Below are positions 1 through 12,934 of a stretch of DNA of 64,000 bases, piece after piece. The stretch covers positions 62,001 through 126,000 of the forward strand of contig NMRA01000475.1 of NCBI GenBank assembly GCA_002633005.1, given 5' to 3'. Each line of letters begins with the position of its first letter. Position 1 is the stretch's first letter. The translations under genes and the position numbers were made by a program. The DNA comes from Phoronis australis (Eukaryota > Animalia > Phoronida). The notes beneath the pieces were generated by a model, which had not been told where the DNA came from, did no database searches, and saw only the letters and a list, made by a program, of their open reading frames with translations.

Positions 1-719
1 CTAGCGGACTCTCACTTGTCAGAATCCAGTTTGAATCATGTGTTCATTAGTAGGCTGTAAGCAGTACACTAGAGTGGTACTTGAAATTCCCTAGGTGTCG
101 CTAGTGAAGTGAGGGACCTTCCCATAGAATTGCTTGCATTCAGGTAAATCCCAAGGGTCCTTTCTCACATGAATGCCCCATGCTGATCAAGTGCTTTCTG
201 CTCTCAACCTATTCAGACGTCATTAAAATATATTTTAAAAATGTCCTTCCTCTGTGCTACTTCAGTGGGTCTGCCCTATGCAGGCGACATTAGTATAAAG
301 GTACAAGCAAGAGAATATATTTATTTTAGTCATGTCACCTAAGAAGAGCACACGAGTGAAGCGTGGAGAGATGTTGGGTGTGACACGCTCTAAAACTTAT
401 CAACTAGCTTTTAAATGTAAGGCTATCTGGTGACAGGAGAGTGGCCTGAATGCAAGACAAAAGTGTTTACCCAACCGTGTCTCAAACGTTTCACCCCTGG
501 AGAAGCATAAATCAGCTCAAAAAGCCATATATCAAAATATGTTCTAATAACTATCTTACACTAGTGAATAAAATTATTTTTGTTTTCACATTCAATAGTC
601 TGGTATGCCATACAAAGGTTTAAAAGAACCAAAAACAAGCAGTTTGATTGTCATTGTGGAATTGTACGCTCTTACATCTTCAGCTGCTGGGAAGAGGAAA
701 TCCTTGAAGTGGTTGACAA

Positions 720-1193
720 GGTTATGTAAGACTTTATAGAGAAGTCAGTGTATTTAGCTAACCATTGACTTTAACTCAGTAACAGTATATATGAGTGACA
801 TGAAAACAGAAAACTTGCAGAAACTAGTTATATGAATCTACCATTAATTGGGTCGCCTTTTCAATAAAATTTAGGAATTTCAAAAGAAAGGTACACTTGC
901 AGCAAAACATAGGTGACAAAACATCACCAAACTTTGTGTTTAATTTAAATGTTAAAGACAACATTGCAAAAAATGCTGCTGCTGTTTGTAAATTATGCCA
1001 TATTCGTTATATGCAAATTTGACTCTTTTCCTGTCCTTTCTTTGATAACCTCTTACAACCATTTCCAAACAGCATTTTATAGAATAGTACACAAAGCATA
1101 ACATCCAAGTTATATTCTATCAGTCATTTCTACGATATGATGTTTTGAAGTTACCCAAATTTGGACATTTTTACCAGCTAGGATCCTACATAA
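720..1193. mobile_element. Degenerate MITE with GGTTATGTAGGA-type termini
   Basis: Starts GGTTATGTAAGAC and ends TCCTACATAAAT; ends resemble the element at 60864-61242. Confidence 0.35.
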
Positions 1194-1275
1194 ATGTAAC
1201 AATTTCAAACTTGGATGTTCTGCTCCAAACTGTCTCGTCAATGGCACATCCACTTCAGAATGAAGTCTGTATTAC

Positions 1276-1384
1276 CTGTGGTTTTATCCTGTAAGCTACT
1301 CTGTGGCAACGACAAGAGACTGGAAGTGTAACTCTCTTGACTTTTGAACTGCATCTCTTGGCTGAGTGGCACTGGCGACGAGGG
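1276..1384 (-). CDS. SECISBP2L: Probable SBP2/SBP2L exon 7 (PSSPVPLSQEMQFKSQESYTSSLLSLPQSSLQDKTT)
   Basis: cattacAG acceptor and G|GTAAT donor, open frame. Phase-0 entry matches the phase-0 exit of exon 12935-13782. No recognisable conserved motif and a weak pyrimidine tract. Confidence 0.45.
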
Positions 1385-1499
1385 CTGTAATGTCAAAGTT
1401 ATGAGGTGTAAACATGCATTTTCCATCACAAACAAGTGAACCCCAATTACATAAGCCTAACATCACTTCCAGCGTGCCATTGCTGCTCACAAGAACTAA

Positions 1500-1726
1500 G
1501 CGGCAATTCTTCACTTACTTAGCACACAATATGGCCAACAAGTGAAATTATATTTTGGCAAATTTCTCCACAAAAATAACAATTAAGAAAATTTTAGTCT
1601 GTTACTAGTGTAGTTTGTATGTGGATGTCATAAAATAACGTTTGGTAAATTTACGTTATTTGCAGTAATCAATCTTCGAAACATGGAAAAGTGACAATTT
1701 TGGAAATAAGTGTGGAATTCCCGTAC
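1500..1726. mobile_element. About 230 bp MITE, family with CGGTAATTCTCCACT-type TIRs (copy 1)
   Basis: Shares GCACACAATATGGCCAACAAGTGAAATT...AATTTCTCCAC with copies near 34970, 37152 and 52570. Ends read CGGCAATTC...GAATTCCCGTA. Confidence 0.55.
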
Positions 1727-1899
1727 ATCAAACAGACCGCTGACAAGCCATTGCAACTACAAGGGAAGTTGCACACATAAGGTCAGCTGCTTACAACAGT
1801 CGTGGGTGTCTATTCCTAGAACACATGACTCCCACATAAGGTAGTTTCTTGATTCCAGTTAATACAAATCAAGAATACAGTAACCGCACTGTCATGTAT

Positions 1900-3260
1900 T
1901 AATAATAAAATGTCTACATCAATCTGAGGAGATAGCAGTACAATACTGATAATCCAAAAGAACTTTGGGAGTATATCAAAAATTTGGAACCACAGAAAAA
2001 TAAGGGAATACCTTAGGTAATTGTAAATTCAGAAAATAACATCAACTCCCAGTGACAACCCGTACAAATGTAAAGATGGTTTTCAGTCTCTCGCTTAAAA
2101 AATTATAAGACGTGGAATTTAATGAGTTCTGTACACATATAGTGCATTTCCTTGACCAGTTGAAAATCACAATTCATTTTAACTGAGAAGTCTGTTTTAA
2201 ACAATTATGTCTCTTTTAACGAGATCAAACAAATTCTAATGAATATTAAAAGCAATAAATCTGTTGCGGTAAAGTCATAATTTGTTTGACTCAGCTATTA
2301 ACTCTTCTTGTATGAATTCTGTCACGGGGTTTTAATAGGTACAAAGCAATCATAGTTCCCATTCCAAAATGCTTCAAATGATCCAACAGTGCCTTTAAAT
2401 TATACGAAAATAGCCCCTTGTCAAGTATCCATAATTTTTAGCTCAGTTTCAAACAATAGAATTGCAAAATTTGGTGACTACAGCAACAATCTTGGACATG
2501 AGCAGATTGGATTTCGTTATGGTGAGTGATGTGTCAATCATATTCCTTGACAACAATCACATTCCTTGACAACAATCACATTCCTTGACAACAATCACAT
2601 TCCTTGACAACAATCACATTCCTTGACAACAATCACATTCCTTGACAACAATCACATTCCTTGACAACAATCACTGGAGCAAGAAAGTCCACATGTCTCT
2701 CCATCTTTGCTGCATTTGTTGATACCAGAAAAGCTTTTGATTTGACAAGTCATGATTTGTTACCCTATAAATTGCTTAGTAATTCTGTAAAAGGTCTTAT
2801 GTACAGTGCAATTATAAAAGAACCTGTAAGCTGTATGCCTCTAAATATATGTATTGCACCTGATTGGTTTAATCCTGAAAATGGAGTTTGTCAAGGAAAT
2901 AATTAATCTCCGTACTTGTTGCCCTTTATGTTTAATGATTTAGTGAAAGACATCAACTAACTGCACAAGGGTGAAAACTTTGGCGATTTAATATGATCCA
3001 TTTTGCTCTATTCTCTGCAAGATTTACTCAAATGTTTAAATAACCAGTATATAAAATATCAAGAATATCTTTTAACTTACCCAAACAAATGCTCAGTTCA
3101 GGTCCAAACTTACTATAAAAAATTGTTTTAACATGTAAACTAGGAAACCCAGCTGTTCAATATAAAACAAAAAATAAATATATAGGCGTTATCCTTGATG
3201 AATTTCTCAATTTCAAAGACAACTTAACCACATTGTCTGAAGCTTCAGGAAAGGTATGCT
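1900..3260 (+). mobile_element. Decayed non-LTR (LINE) retrotransposon ORF2 / reverse transcriptase fragment
   Basis: Translated pieces DNPKELWEYIKNL, EQIGFR, FAAFVDTRKAFD..SHDLL.YKL, WF..ENGVCQG and IGVILDEFLNF appear in RT order, with many stops and frameshifts. Confidence 0.85.
2542..2674. repeat. 19 bp tandem repeat x7 (ATTCCTTGACAACAATCAC)
   Basis: Seven identical adjacent copies read directly. Confidence 0.95.
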
Positions 3261-6200
3261 CAAGTTTCCATATCAATAAACACAACTACTTCTACACTGA
3301 AAACACTTTCTGTATCAGACACATCAACTTGTTACATCACAACTCTTCCTGCCAATCATCTTTCTTGTCATAACTACAGGCAACTTAATGATGTCAAATC
3401 AATTCAGCCAATGCTGTTCACCTAGAACTGTTTGGTTAGATAAAAGGTTACTGTTGCATATTGGTACATAGTGGCCTTCATCTAGAGTGTCCAGGGCGAC
3501 TCAGATTTAGACACCTTAGCTGGGACGCATTGTGACGCCTCAGTAAGCATTTGGACACACAAGTAAGCATGGAACATACATGGAAAATAATGACAAACCC
3601 AGAAATCGCCAAGCATTATATCTGGGTTGTACATAACTATAAACATTTATATCTAATATATTAAGTATTCAAATATTTAGATATGCTATTATGTAAGCGT
3701 GGATGTCCCTTTTAACCTGCTACCAGCAGTGCTCGGAACTCAATGATCTGTCTACAATAAAAAGTTGGTTTAGAAATGATCTAGAATACAAAAAACTTCG
3801 TTTAATTTGCAGAACCATGCCTCCACACTAACACACCACACTGTAACAGCACTTAAACTTGGGGCCATCAAAATGCTGTCATGTTTTTGGTCAAGAATGG
3901 AACGAGAAACAGGGAAACCCATTTTTGGACGCCATATTTGTGAAATCCTGGATATAATCCTGGAAGAGCATGTTTTGCAGTAAAAATGACAGAAACAAGC
4001 TCAACAAGTGAAAATAATATATAATACAATTGTTTTTGAGTACAAATGGAAGTTAAGGTAGGTGGATACACAAAAAAATTAATTTTGACTGTTTTTTACA
4101 TTTTTATGTCATCCTAATCTTTAATTCTTGATGCACAGTATACTGAAGAAAAATAAAATCATTCTGAAAATCCAAAGTTGTTTTTTTAGCTATATTTGAC
4201 CAAGCCTCAGTAAGTCATATAGCTTGAGTGCTCACCAGCTCAGTGATTGACAACTGGGGCGGAGCTTATATACAAGGACACTGGCTCTAATCTAACCCTG
4301 CCAACAAGCATTGCGTAACCGGGCAATCGAGAGTGATGTTCCAGCTGATATTGGTGTTGTAGCAAGACCAAAAATAAAACAATTCTATTTTTGACCATGT
4401 GAAAGTTGGTAGTGAAATGGTGAACTAGCTCCTATTCCGAGCCTGAGCCTGTTTGTCTATCTGCAAAAAAATTAAGTTGAGTACGCCAAGCCCTACCGAA
4501 GCCATCACTGCACTCAGCTTGAGGAGTCCGTGCAGAAGTTGTGTATGTATAAGAGAAGTCGGTAATATAAGGTCGGGTGTCTTGCGAGAGGACGCTGAGT
4601 GTCGACGTGGGTGGTGTTGCACGATTCGGTGAGAGTGCATGCACGCGCTGTGAAGACAAGCCGCGCGCGCGACACATGGACAACTACATGCCGTCAGAGT
4701 AGAGTCTTCGCAGATAAACCGTGCTTCTGTGCTGGGAACGCGCCGTGGAGAAACTAGGCTGTCAAACCCAGAGGATTTTTAACTTGCCACTGGCCGTAAC
4801 CCAAAGAATTAGAGAAATGACCCAGTGTTCAACATAACAAAAAATTTTCTAGTGCATAGATTCAAACGTAACCCTGAATTAAAACTCATGATATTATACG
4901 ATTTTAGAGGAAAGCAATATAAGAAACTTTAGTAACTTGAGAATCTCACCCAAGCAGCGCTATTTGCGCAGAAAGTGATATTTTCTTATCCCAAAGTCCA
5001 TTCGGTACAGGCACGTAAAAATGTTGAACCATTACTATGAAAGTAGTTCTTTATCCTCGTCGCCAATATTGTTATGTAGGCAGTAACGCGGCGATTTGAT
5101 ATAACACATATATTGGTTGATGATAATATTGGAATACTAACAAATAGGTCTGTGTAATATAGTTAGAGAGTCTTTTACAAACTGAGTGGAGAGTTCAGAT
5201 GAATCGTATAAACAATCAACACATGGTGGTCGGCACACCAGTACAGCAGACAATAGATCAACGCTAAGCTCCGCCCACGTGACAGCCATATTTGTTTTGG
5301 TCGTCTGTCGTGCATCACAAGTTCGAAAAAATGATTAAAATTACGCTGTAAACAAACAGGTATGTCACATTTTCTAAATATGAAGTAAATATCAGCTTTA
5401 TTTCTAGTACTTCAACAAAAATTGGAACATAATGACCACGCATTCTGAACGAAATTTGATCTCAAGTGGCAATCGATGACCGCTTAACTTCAAAGCCGTT
5501 TTTCTCGGCTCGTGATTTCAGGATAGTGACAAGATTCTCGGGCCTATTTTTCCACAACACGTGGGTCAATTTTTACGAAAGTTGCAAATTTGAAATCTTC
5601 TAGGACTGAAATAAAATCGCGTGCCACGGTTTTTTGATAAATGGACCAGATTTTTAGTTATTAGACGGAAAGTGACCAAATGACAAAAAGTGGCGTGCTT
5701 GTCCCAACTTACACACAAAAAATGCCACAAAATCAAAATCAGAATGATTTTGTACATATATTTGATATGGATAAGTAGAATATTGCGTAAGGAAATAGTT
5801 GATGATGATCCCTGTGCATTTTGAAAAAAAATCGAGGTAAAATTGGATTTTTTGAAAATTAAAAAATACGATTTTTTAAAAAAACGAACTACAAAAAAAA
5901 ACTTTTTTTTTTCGATTTTTGTCACTTTCAGAGTCATATCTAACTAGTTAAAACTCCCTTTTTACTCATTTTAGTTAGGAACCTGGAGATTTGATCAGTG
6001 TATACACCTACCTTAAGGTTAGAACATGAGAATAATTTGTAATGCATTGAGAGAACAATTAGTTTTTGGTTTCACCACTAGGTGTCAGGTCTATTAAAAT
6101 GACAAAATAAGGAAACCAACCTTACAAAAACGTAAAAAACATAAAATTATAAAAGTAAACAGCTATCTATAAACTTTGTATCTCAAAAGAAGTATTATTG

Positions 6201-8144
6201 CATACATCATATCACCAATGGTAACCAGGAATTGATTATGACCTATTTTTTAAATCACAAATAAAATAGTTGCCATAGCAACTAATACATGAAAACTTAT
6301 AAAAATATGTCATTAGAAAATTAGACAGTTATTTAAAGCATACAAAAGTGCTCTTGGTTTGACAATTATTGGTTCAAGTTAATGTTTAAAAATAACTCAA
6401 ATATTGACAAGAGCAGGTTGACAACACCAGTTCAATAACAAGCCTATATAAACACACTGTATATAGGAACTGTGCCTCACACTGCATTTGTGTTGTAAGA
6501 AAGGAGAGAAGGTTAGCACTCCCCTTGATAAGGACGGAAGAAGCCCTTGTGGCTTATAACACACATAAGGCCATGCTCCTTACTTTGGAGCAACCCTATT
6601 TTTCAGTGGCCTAGCCTAATACAACAACCCTAACATCTTGGCTCCGACAATTCATCACAACCAACAGCAGTGCATGCTACACCTAGCCTCAAATTGTTAC
6701 TTCATTGTTGTGCATGTGCAAACGTGGATCATACACAAGTCACTCAGGAGTGTGCTCCACCAGCCTAAGCGTGCTTTCACCCAAGTCTGTTGACACATGT
6801 TAGTTGTCTTGAAAAAATCCATTGTGGTTAAAGTTGCAGTTTGCAAGTGGACAGAGATGAATAGAAACCTATTTCATGTAAATCAATCCAGGAAGTCTGA
6901 AGAAACAGAGGCAAGCATAAAAAAACTGAAATTGCCACTAGGGAGCACAGCAGTACTCGGATTGCTCATCGGTCATCAACTTCGTAAAAACACATCTACC
7001 AAATGTCACTGTGATCCCACAAAGGGTTCAGGAGACACAGCAGCGAATGTCGGACGCCAGACATGGATGCAATTATGCACATATATATGGACACATAAAA
7101 AGAACCACCTCTCAATACATTTCCTGTACTCAACTATAATCTCATTTAGGTTTTGAAATGTGCCACACATTTGTGACGTGTCACCTCTCTCAGATTAACT
7201 TGATTGGTTCAATTGGACAATTCAACTACGATAATTGCTTTGCGAACTGTTTCAAATTATAGTCCGAATTTTTGACTCCCAAAAAGTAAAATGAGATTTG
7301 ACAACTGCCAGTAAAAGATGCTGATCATCCAAAAGTATCATTAAGTCACATTTTCAACCTGATCAGCTTGCAAAATGTCAAAATGAAAAAAAGCTGTAGA
7401 GTTCAACAGTACAGTTAAATATAAATTCAAGTGGAAAACCACGGCATCATGCAAATGCCTTCAATGCAACTATTGTTCCTTTGAAGAAAGAATGACAGAA
7501 AAAAGTTATTTTAATGTATCTTGAATTTAACGCACATAACATCACGACATACACACACCCGACTCTATTTGTACCCTTCTAAGTTTCCTGACCAGATTTA
7601 AACCCTTACGTGAAAGGGAAAGCACACCCAACATAACTGTATTTGAACGGGTCTGTTTTGTTTCTGTACTCAAAACGGCAATAAATGAAGCTGGAAATTG
7701 AGTCTAGCAACAGAATTGATGTTGTCAAGGGCATGTAAGCAAACAAGAACACATATTGTACACTGCACCGTAGATTTCAAATCAATATCACAAGAACGCT
7801 AATGACCACCGGTCACTAAAAGTGAATAATACCATACGTTAAGTTTAGATCACAAGGCATGTTCCATTCAGGCAAACGTAATACATTTTTTCGTTTTGTA
7901 AACCAGCATATTCTGTTTTACTTATTAATGTTAAAGTGAGAATCATGAAAATGATCTGGGAATTGCCTTGCAGACTATTTTCACAGAGATACGGATGCAG
8001 CACTGGTTTACTGATAATGTGGCGCACGCCATGTTTATTGTTTTTCAAAAACGCCACATCCTTCAAAAAGAATGAAACACTACTCACAAGTTATGTCTTT
8101 CGTAAAACAATCGAATTGTCGAAATATTAGAATTACGATATCTA

Positions 8145-8407
8145 GGGCTTGTTTCATAAAAAGTGACATAAGACTTACAGACAAAAACATGGTCTTAAGC
8201 TCAACATAACTATTTCTGAAAAATAATTAAAACTCACTCAAACAAAGCAACAAAGAATACACCCATAACAGCTACTTACTTTGAATATCTGTAAAAATTA
8301 TTTCCAAGCATTGATGTACTTATAATTTAGATGATTAAACCTTTAATTGGCAATTGAGAAGTAGGAACAAATTTCAGTCTTAAGTCTCTTTTTATGAAAG
8401 AGACCCC
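8145..8407. mobile_element. About 260 bp MITE with GGGC..GTTTCATAAAA TIRs (PIF/Harbinger-like)
   Basis: GGGCTTGTTTCATAAAA ... TTTATGAAAGAGACCC. An opposite-orientation relative lies at 56918-57180 and partial copies at about 62250-62825. Superfamily is inferred. Confidence 0.6.
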
Positions 8408-8478
8408 TGCTACTAAAATATGTATACAAAATATGTTAGAAAATCATTGTCTCCATATTTACAAATCAAAAAATATTA

Positions 8479-10853
8479 CCGTAATCCTTCGGGTTAACGC
8501 CCATGCTCAGTTAACCGCCCACCCCCTACTTTAGGTGGATTTTCAATTTAATTGCCCACTGCTCGGTTAACCGCCCCTTTGCGATTTTTCAAGATTTCCA
8601 GTTAAGCACCCACCACTCGGTTAAGTGCCCATCCCCCTGACTTTGTAAGATTGAAGATTTAGCGCCCAGCGTTAGGAAACGCGTGATTCCCGACTTTTAA
8701 ATACCGATGATGATCACAATGAGCGCAACGACGCTGGGCCTCCAGATGGCGATTTGGCAATGTGAATTACAATACAAGTAACAAATTATTGTCCCGGGTC
8801 GTGGACTTACTTCAAAATGTAATACTTGAACGTTTTTGTCATTTTATTTTCTTCCCATGTTTGCAAAGTTTAAGAACCCTGCCGGCGTCAATACCGCTGC
8901 TTTCAGCGACGCTGTCTGCTGCGCTGAGATTCCGTCTGCAGTGCACTGGATAAAACATATATTTGAAATAATGGGGCCAGAGAAATGTGGCAATGATTTT
9001 GCCAACTCTCCAAATTCTCTTTAGGTGGGAAGCTCTCGTATTTTGAAGAATTCATTCCCATAACTCGCGGAAAGATGTCAAATTCTCCCTATTTTGATGA
9101 ATGTTACGTATTGTCAGGTTATTGAGGATGTGTGGCGACGAAACGGACAGTGTGCCTCACTGGGTTACCGATTTGCTGCCTCTCGATTTCTGAGTTCAAT
9201 GGTTGGCAATACGTTACTGTATGTTTGTGCATCATCTTGAAGTAATAAAAAACTTCTAGTCAAATTTTGTTCTTCGCTAATTACATCTCAGTCAAACTGG
9301 CGTTAGCAGATTTAACTAATGTCGCTGGTGGTTCTTTACTACGATTTCTTGCGTCAACCCCCGCCTGACTGTGTGAATTATCGCTTCCATATTCCCTTTT
9401 TAGCCATCCAGAATAATTTTGTTTGTACACTGGCCAGTTTCAGCCTGAACAAAATTCTTACCATTCGAGCCTGAAATATCTACGACGCAGACTGACTGAA
9501 ACTTGGCGATAGTTGGTAGGAGGTGCACGCAGCTAGCTACGGGCATGGCACACTCGGGCCTAGGGAACATCGAGCCGGAAAATATCGAAGTAGACTTGAC
9601 ATCGCAGTTTTGGGGGACATTGGAACGGAGGAATATCGTAAAGCACTGGGTCTTTCCTAACAAGAGCTTAAAAGTACAGCGTCACGCCGGTTTCTTTTAC
9701 TTAGGACTGTCGCTGTTCTCCTTTGATATGTGACTTTGTAGTGGTGCACGCATGTAAGTTCCCACACTGAGTGCATGTTACCTGGACACCAACACGTGAT
9801 TGACAGGTTACTCATACGTAGGCCCTACGTGCGTGCTGAATCCTGCCGCTATCTTTGGCCATTAAAAACGAGATGCATATTGAAAGAAGCTGTTATATTA
9901 CTCGACGGCCTTTCCAAGTCAAGATTGCCTGCCGGGACATTGCGCGCAAACAGCGGGACCGACCAGTGCCGCAGTGCGATAGTGTAGGTGATATTATAAT
10001 ACAGAATTTGGACATCTTGCATGAAAAATAAGTGTGTTTTCCACCACAAAGTTGGGTAAGGCTGTCGTTAAAGAATGAATTGAAACATTGCTGTTTTGTG
10101 ACATTTCATCACATATTGATGCCGTGGTTCGAAAATTTCTTCTTGATTGACGACTGGTTCGTGTCCACTTACCCCCCCCCCGATTCTTGTCTTACTTCTT
10201 TGCTGAGCATGTTTCACGCAACAGGAAGTGAAAATGTTATTGAGTTACGAAGTATTGACTATAAACATCCCAAACACAAAAAACACCTGAACTTTATTAC
10301 AACTAATTTTAAAACTGCTCTCTGACTCAGAACTTGACAGCTACCACGGGACTGTAACCTTGATGTCAGCTGTGACCTCTTCAACACATGAAGCTTGCAC
10401 CCGCGCACTTTTGCGGTGTCACTGCTTGCAATCCAAGTGGAGCGCTGCGTGGTCACTGGTCATCTGCGCACTACAGTTCTAACAAACTAACAAGACCGCA
10501 GGATGACACAGCAATTTTGTAAATTTAATTGTGAATGACTAATCTGAGGGCAACAGAACCTTTGTTGGGATCATCTGCTGTTATGAAGTTTTTACCGTCA
10601 TTTGGCGACATGACGATAAAGCTCTTTGAAAAGTGTTACGCGTTCCGAGTGTGTGTGTCATGTGAGGACTTAAATCATGAGGTAAGATTAACCGCCCAGG
10701 GCGGTTGTCTGTCGTAATAAGCGCCCATGTTCGGTTAACCACCCACCCTGGATTTCTTGAAATTTCACGTTTAAGCGCCCATGTCAGGATAACCGCCCAC
10801 CCCTGATTTTTTGGGTTTGCCAATTTAACCGCCCAGGGCGTTAACGTTTACGG
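8479..10853. mobile_element. Non-autonomous Tc1/mariner-pogo type DNA transposon (about 2.4 kb)
   Basis: TA|CCGTAA ... TTACGG|TA termini with a TA duplication. Subterminal arrays of TTAACCGCCCA/TAAGCGCCCA at both ends. CpG-richer than flanks; no intact transposase ORF. Confidence 0.8.
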
Positions 10854-11954
10854 TATCTCAGAATCAACAGACAAACTAGTCCAAAGATAGTTCACAGCCA
10901 CCTACATGGTTGTTCAAATAGTTCCACTCTTTCTGAAGGTGGTCTTGCAGCATTTTCCAGTTTTTGTTAAGGAAAATAACATTGTCATAACTAGCAAAGC
11001 ATATCGCCACAGATACCAGAGTGTTGAAATGTTGTTAGTGTCAATAAATAGGGAAGTACAAGAGAGGAGATGTATGTCTGTGGCAAGAAGGACAAGTGTG
11101 TCACTGCATGGTACAAGAATGCAGTTAGATGCCTATACATCTTCATTAACTCATCGGAAGTCAATGCCTGTCAAATGAATACGCTCTCTGATCATAACAT
11201 CAATAGTACATTATGGTCACTATCTTGTTGACTTGATAGTGATACCGTGAAAAGATATTTAAATTGTTTTCACAACATCACACAATAGACATCAAATGAT
11301 GGTTTAAAAAATGAGCCTGTATTCACTGGAGCATAACAGGAAACAAGTCAAAAACAGTTCAACATTGGGGATGGGCAACCAGTTGTTCTCCCATAAGATG
11401 GGTTGGTAGGGATGTGGTGCCAAACCGGGTGGGTACTTTGCCCCTCAGGTATCACCTTAGGGTAGGTATTTTGCCTTCTCTGTTATTGTCTAGGGTCGGT
11501 ATCTTGGCTTTGCAACATCGCCTCAGGCATGTAAAAACATGTGGAAACTGAGAGTATTGCTATTGTGTTAGGTAGCAGGTTTCCATCACTTATTGTGGTC
11601 TCAGGTACCCGGGCAAAACATGTGGACACCCACCCGATGGCTCATTTTAAATCAACATGGTAAAGAGATGGTGACACTTAGGCAACCACTGAGAAAGCTT
11701 CCTTACTCACTGCAAAAGATGAACACTAAACAAAAGTTAGCAATGCTAGTTTTTGGCCGTATAAATTACAATAAGACTAAGGATGTATAATCATACTTAA
11801 CACTAATGACATTAAGAGCAAAACCCCTTCACTCATAAAACGGTATCTAGAAAATCTTTTTTTGACAGTTCAAGGTGAAAAACAACTCCAAACAAATATT
11901 GACGTAAAGTCGAGATGGAAATGTGTGACACCAATAGGAAGTCTGGGAAAATGA

Positions 11955-12107
11955 GCTCTGACCTACCACTGTCTACAGCTCAATGCTCTGACCTACCACT
12001 GTCTACAGCTCAATGCTCTGACCTACCACTGTCTACAGCTCAATGCTCTGACCTACCACTGTCTACAGCTCAATGCTCTGACCTACCACTGTCTACAGCT
12101 CAATGCT
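11955..12107. repeat. 30 bp tandem repeat x5 (GCTCTGACCTACCACTGTCTACAGCTCAAT)
   Basis: Five identical copies; they explain the repetitive ORF 11915-12112. Confidence 0.95.
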
Positions 12108-12934
12108 TTTAAAAATAAAGTCTTAGATATGACATAACAATAAAATCTTGCCAGATTAGGACACAACACCGCTCAAGTCAAATCTTTTATCACTCTTCCA
12201 CGAAACATACGTAGCTCAAAATTTAATGAAATTCCATGTTCAAGTTTTGTTCCGCAGCAACCATCAAACAAAAGCTTTGAAAACTTACTGGCCCTTAAAA
12301 AAGAAAAGGGTATTTTTGACAATTACTATTCACATAGAAACTGAGGAATAACAAGATCACGTTCTAGAGAAGTCCGCCGACTAAGAACTTGTAGAAATGC
12401 ACGTCAATGCCTTTGAGTAGAACGGTTGGACAAGATCCAAATATCACGCATCATAATTCATGTCAACATTTATACACACCAATAGTCAACCACAAAACAT
12501 CCAGGAAATCCACAAGTCTAACACCAAGAAACGAGGTTACTGCTAGCCTGTAAACATTCACGTCAGAGAAACAAAAACTCCATACTCTAATCAGTGGCCC
12601 AGGCCTGCTATTGAGGAACCCATCCGTAAAAGGAGAATGTTTGTATTCGTGTTCCAGGCTTCGGTTTCACGATACAAACGTGCTCGATTTTTAGGTTGCG
12701 AGTTCTCGTTTTATGTGATATCCCATGTTTTGAATCCGTAGGAAGGTATTCATGTATTGAAGGTGTTCTACAGGACAGGGGTGCAGTAGTGACTTGCAAT
12801 TACCAAGAACATGTGCAAGTCATTCCTCTCACTTGTACCTCTCTCTAATTTTTACGCGCTTCATATCTAATGCTCTAAATCTATAGGCAGGTGGAGACAA
12901 TAAAGAAACAATGACAGAAAGGTTGTTTACTTAC

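Noticed and set aside
4200-6100. CpG-richer block with a 12 bp inverted match (GGGCGGAGCTTA) and transposon-like composition
   Set aside because: Probably TE-derived, but I could not define termini, a TSD or a family.
6269-6282. Perfect RFX X-box GTTGCCATAGCAAC
   Set aside because: Deep in an SBP2 intron among repeat-like sequence and far from the WDPCP promoter, which is outside the window.
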